64,000 bases of DNA from assembly GCA_951813565.1 (NCBI GenBank), contig OX638351.1, forward strand, positions 2,848,001 through 2,912,000, given 5' to 3'. Source of the stretch: an uncultured Poribacteria bacterium (GTDB lineage Bacteria > Poribacteria > WGA-4E > WGA-3G). The translations under genes and the position numbers were made by a program. Shown piece by piece: positions 62,601 to 64,000 of this stretch. The notes below the pieces were generated by a model that had not been told where the DNA came from, searched no databases, and saw only the letters and a list, made by a program, of their open reading frames with translations. How positions within the stretch are numbered: the first letter of the stretch is position 1; each line of letters starts with the position of its first letter.

Positions 62601-63004
62601 GAGTCGGGTTTGAATCTTAGATGATCGCCAATAACAAACTCAGTATGTCTGCCGAGAAAGGTCTCTTCAACCAAGATTGTCCGGTCCAGTTGCGCTGTGA
62701 AGCGTAGACTATCAAGCTGACCTCCCCAACCAACAATTAATTTACCATTCTTGTCAAATTCTTTCCGGTCAATATATTTGCTGAGTTCGTTACCTTCCAC
62801 AATTCCTTTACCATACAAATCATAGAAGACTTGTGGTTCTTCTTCTAATTGGAATCTATCAGAGAATTTTTCCTCCGATTCAATTGCAGGTAAGAGGGGT
62901 TCATACGGTCCGAGGCTATCCGCGCCACAACCATAGAACATAGACGCGCTAAGGATGCAAGTCGCTACAAGCAGAGGATAAATCGCTCGTTTTAACTTGT
63001 TCAT
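59648..63004 (-). CDS. Large lipoprotein/outer-membrane hypothetical protein with acidic Ca-binding-like loops
   Basis: Lipobox-like FYGC; DDDDGDDWPDD, DRDQNGILD, DLNNNGTID; C-terminal Phe. Confidence 0.72.
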   Translation of the reverse strand: MNKLKRAIYPLLVATCILSASMFYGCGADSLGPYEPLLPAIESEEKFSDRFQLEEEPQVFYDLYGKGIVEGNELSKYIDRKEFDKNGKLIVGWGGQLDSLRFTAQLDRTILVEETFLGRHTEFVIGDHLRFKPDSLFPNRYIIYKTEFDGLRWDISFAQEHHLFTLIHSRISNPVRITDAPAQNERLGLELGRRNGLNQISGVRNIENARLIGFRGQGLLGENFRVGYTYVNLHKEHPERLINSLMGTVPNTPPETISIVFRDDSPEDNHTSAFTDFEAYDPDVHSDNIQGGVGAAFKSMKITIVTQELEELIPQDIEEGIEPALLPEQTRQFEVYANQVVPIDHAGGPSEIRNSVDGKWKIVEGFNKMKFDLILTDEKINIDPRTVKSIVLDMIVAGDYNIAVIGFSEANKASSNPELQEWIKTEDGHIQMPYRDIIEAPGNYGQSPDYIQNRKKLKDNPSEWKGEGRPRKVRYRYGAARAATLYGIDLEGTIGNVRVRVQYSINGKYKQYPTIPKDKVGFSRTQTTVKTPNGEELSGVSIDRRTGLPVDTNGIPTYSETEGERFEVFLGGDGTDEDGNGKLGREKAWFVQLESRFEKLHLEGVLYHIDPGYTTNYMNFGAQPDRGEIFKLEKGIFNRALDDEMLEELVPWDAFNYILIEDDDDGDDWPDDDDFDGVIPRADDRDQNGILDFQEDFLIFYADPPVFNNLLDLNNNGTIDTIEDDFEPQYEYGIDRQGYHLKAEYDVLANLSVQVGWLNESEISSRRKNNSKYIYVTYKRDIPDFGSILFQNQFVRVQDDIPDYTIILPVGELEPIHINDELDFYNARSNTTTLQWLYTAVPNLTLEAKCLVVMQKQFEQDKERALFTDVEYDPASQNFEPDERVDFMVPIEQVRTSGQRREYPFYPDHGINAHDPTDTGLIYDDANWKKRRYAERNIRNQLTILKASYEIPLGNLPFVNRYAEDFALTPMVKYVWDRAFDRTADEIPKMLNPVLFLPTDDQPFEYLRFNRRSREDILGVRLDYQFAPSVNILGGFQYRKFTNRDNNFKNYLRNFSSDVSVPILYRPDLRTRILEIQAINQGEWRGFYIVILAGHRRTTHLFQNTISNITYVRAMIGF

Positions 63005-63110
63005 TAGCTTTGTCCCTCCTTAGCAACGAAGAACTGGGATGTGTCAAAAATTGTGTTGATTTCGTAGGGCAAATTTTCAGTTTGTGGATTTCAGCGCCAA
63101 TTACCAGTTC

Positions 63111-64000
63111 TCATTTCTGAATTAGCATTTTGCGTGTGGCAGAGAAATCCCTGGCATTGATGGTATAGAGATAAACACCACTGCTCACAGGTTCGCCTTT
63201 GTCATTGCGTCCATCCCAATGCACTGCTTGCGATTGTGAGGAATAATCCCCCGCAGACAAGATTCCAGGGGATAGTGAGCGGACTAACTTACCTGTTGGG
63301 GTATAGATGCGGATTGTGACATGGCTTTCATCCACAAGTTGGAACGGAATCCAAGTTTCTGGATTGAATGGGTTGGGGAAGTTTTGTCGCAACTGATTCC
63401 GTTTGATTTGTCCGAGTGTAACAAACTGCTTGCCTTTAGGTTCAACAGGATAAGGTAAGGAAGAAAATAAGTTTTTGGCATCCCAGATAAGGTATCGACC
63501 CATTTCGTCCTTGGATACTAAAATTGATCCATCTTGACTAATACCACGATAATCTGGAATTGACGGATATTTTATCGGTCTACTTGTTTGCCAATCCCAT
63601 ATCTGAAGTTCGCGATATCGATCAGTAAAGAGATACCTATTATCAGGACTGAAATGTATCGGCTCGGCTGCAGCCATCAGTGTATTTACAAGATGAGCAT
63701 TCTGAGGTAGAATTTTCCATATTCGGGTTTCTGAATTTTTTGATGATGCTGCCAACACCGTTGAGCCATCATCTGGAGAGGCAAAGGCAAGTGAGGAATA
63801 TGAAGAACCGCTGTGTTCTGGAGTCTCCCATTTGTATTGAAATTCGAAATTGTCCCCTTTGCGTTTCCATAATAGTATCCAGTACTGATAGTTATTACGT
63901 GCCCCTGTCCGGGCAGAAGCAGCCATAAATTCATCATTTTCACTGAAAGCAACCTGATAGAAATCATTAGGCCAATTAAGTTGGAAATTTATGCGGACTC
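63111..64000 (-). CDS. WD40 + FlgD-Ig protein, partial (5' end outside the window)
   Basis: Frame open to the window edge; paralog of 57269-59551. Confidence 0.85.
   Translation of the reverse strand, partial: VRINFQLNWPNDFYQVAFSENDEFMAASARTGARNNYQYWILLWKRKGDNFEFQYKWETPEHSGSSYSSLAFASPDDGSTVLAASSKNSETRIWKILPQNAHLVNTLMAAAEPIHFSPDNRYLFTDRYRELQIWDWQTSRPIKYPSIPDYRGISQDGSILVSKDEMGRYLIWDAKNLFSSLPYPVEPKGKQFVTLGQIKRNQLRQNFPNPFNPETWIPFQLVDESHVTIRIYTPTGKLVRSLSPGILSAGDYSSQSQAVHWDGRNDKGEPVSSGVYLYTINARDFSATRKMLIQK

Noticed and set aside
1..64000. tRNA (including tRNA-Sec), rRNA, integrase or prophage genes
   Set aside because: None recognised by eye; tRNAscan-SE, Aragorn or Infernal would be needed to exclude small RNAs

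Overview
A gene-dense bacterial window. The gene content (LamG and YWTD proteins with a shared K-x-T-T-T-W-type tail, WD40+FlgD proteins, Planctomycete-type DUF1501/DUF1549/DUF1553 genes) suggests Candidatus Poribacteria; this is an inference. The main finding is two tandem genes that the ORF track splits at an in-frame TGA (5089-6669 and 7966-10002). Read through, each gives a C-U-G-S-G motif, similarity on both sides of the TGA to animal selenoprotein N (SELENON, recalled from memory), and a SECIS-like hairpin whose loop starts 23 nt after the UGA. They are candidate bacterial SelN-like selenoproteins. The window also holds: leuC and leuD separated by a PIN toxin-antitoxin pair; two stacked restriction-modification modules, one hit by an internally deleted IS701-like element (13-bp TIRs, TATAC target duplication); a probable hydroxyproline dehydratase/reductase pair; a B12/light-regulated (CarH) ketocarotenoid acyl-glycoside cluster; a BlaI/BlaR1-M56 plus DUF1501/DUF1549/cytochrome c block bracketed by inverted MITEs; tandem YWTD propeller genes; and many MITE/REP elements. 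Three cargo blocks are each bracketed by a duplicated gene end. No rRNA, tRNA or CRISPR array was seen. All family assignments come from motif recognition, not database searches.
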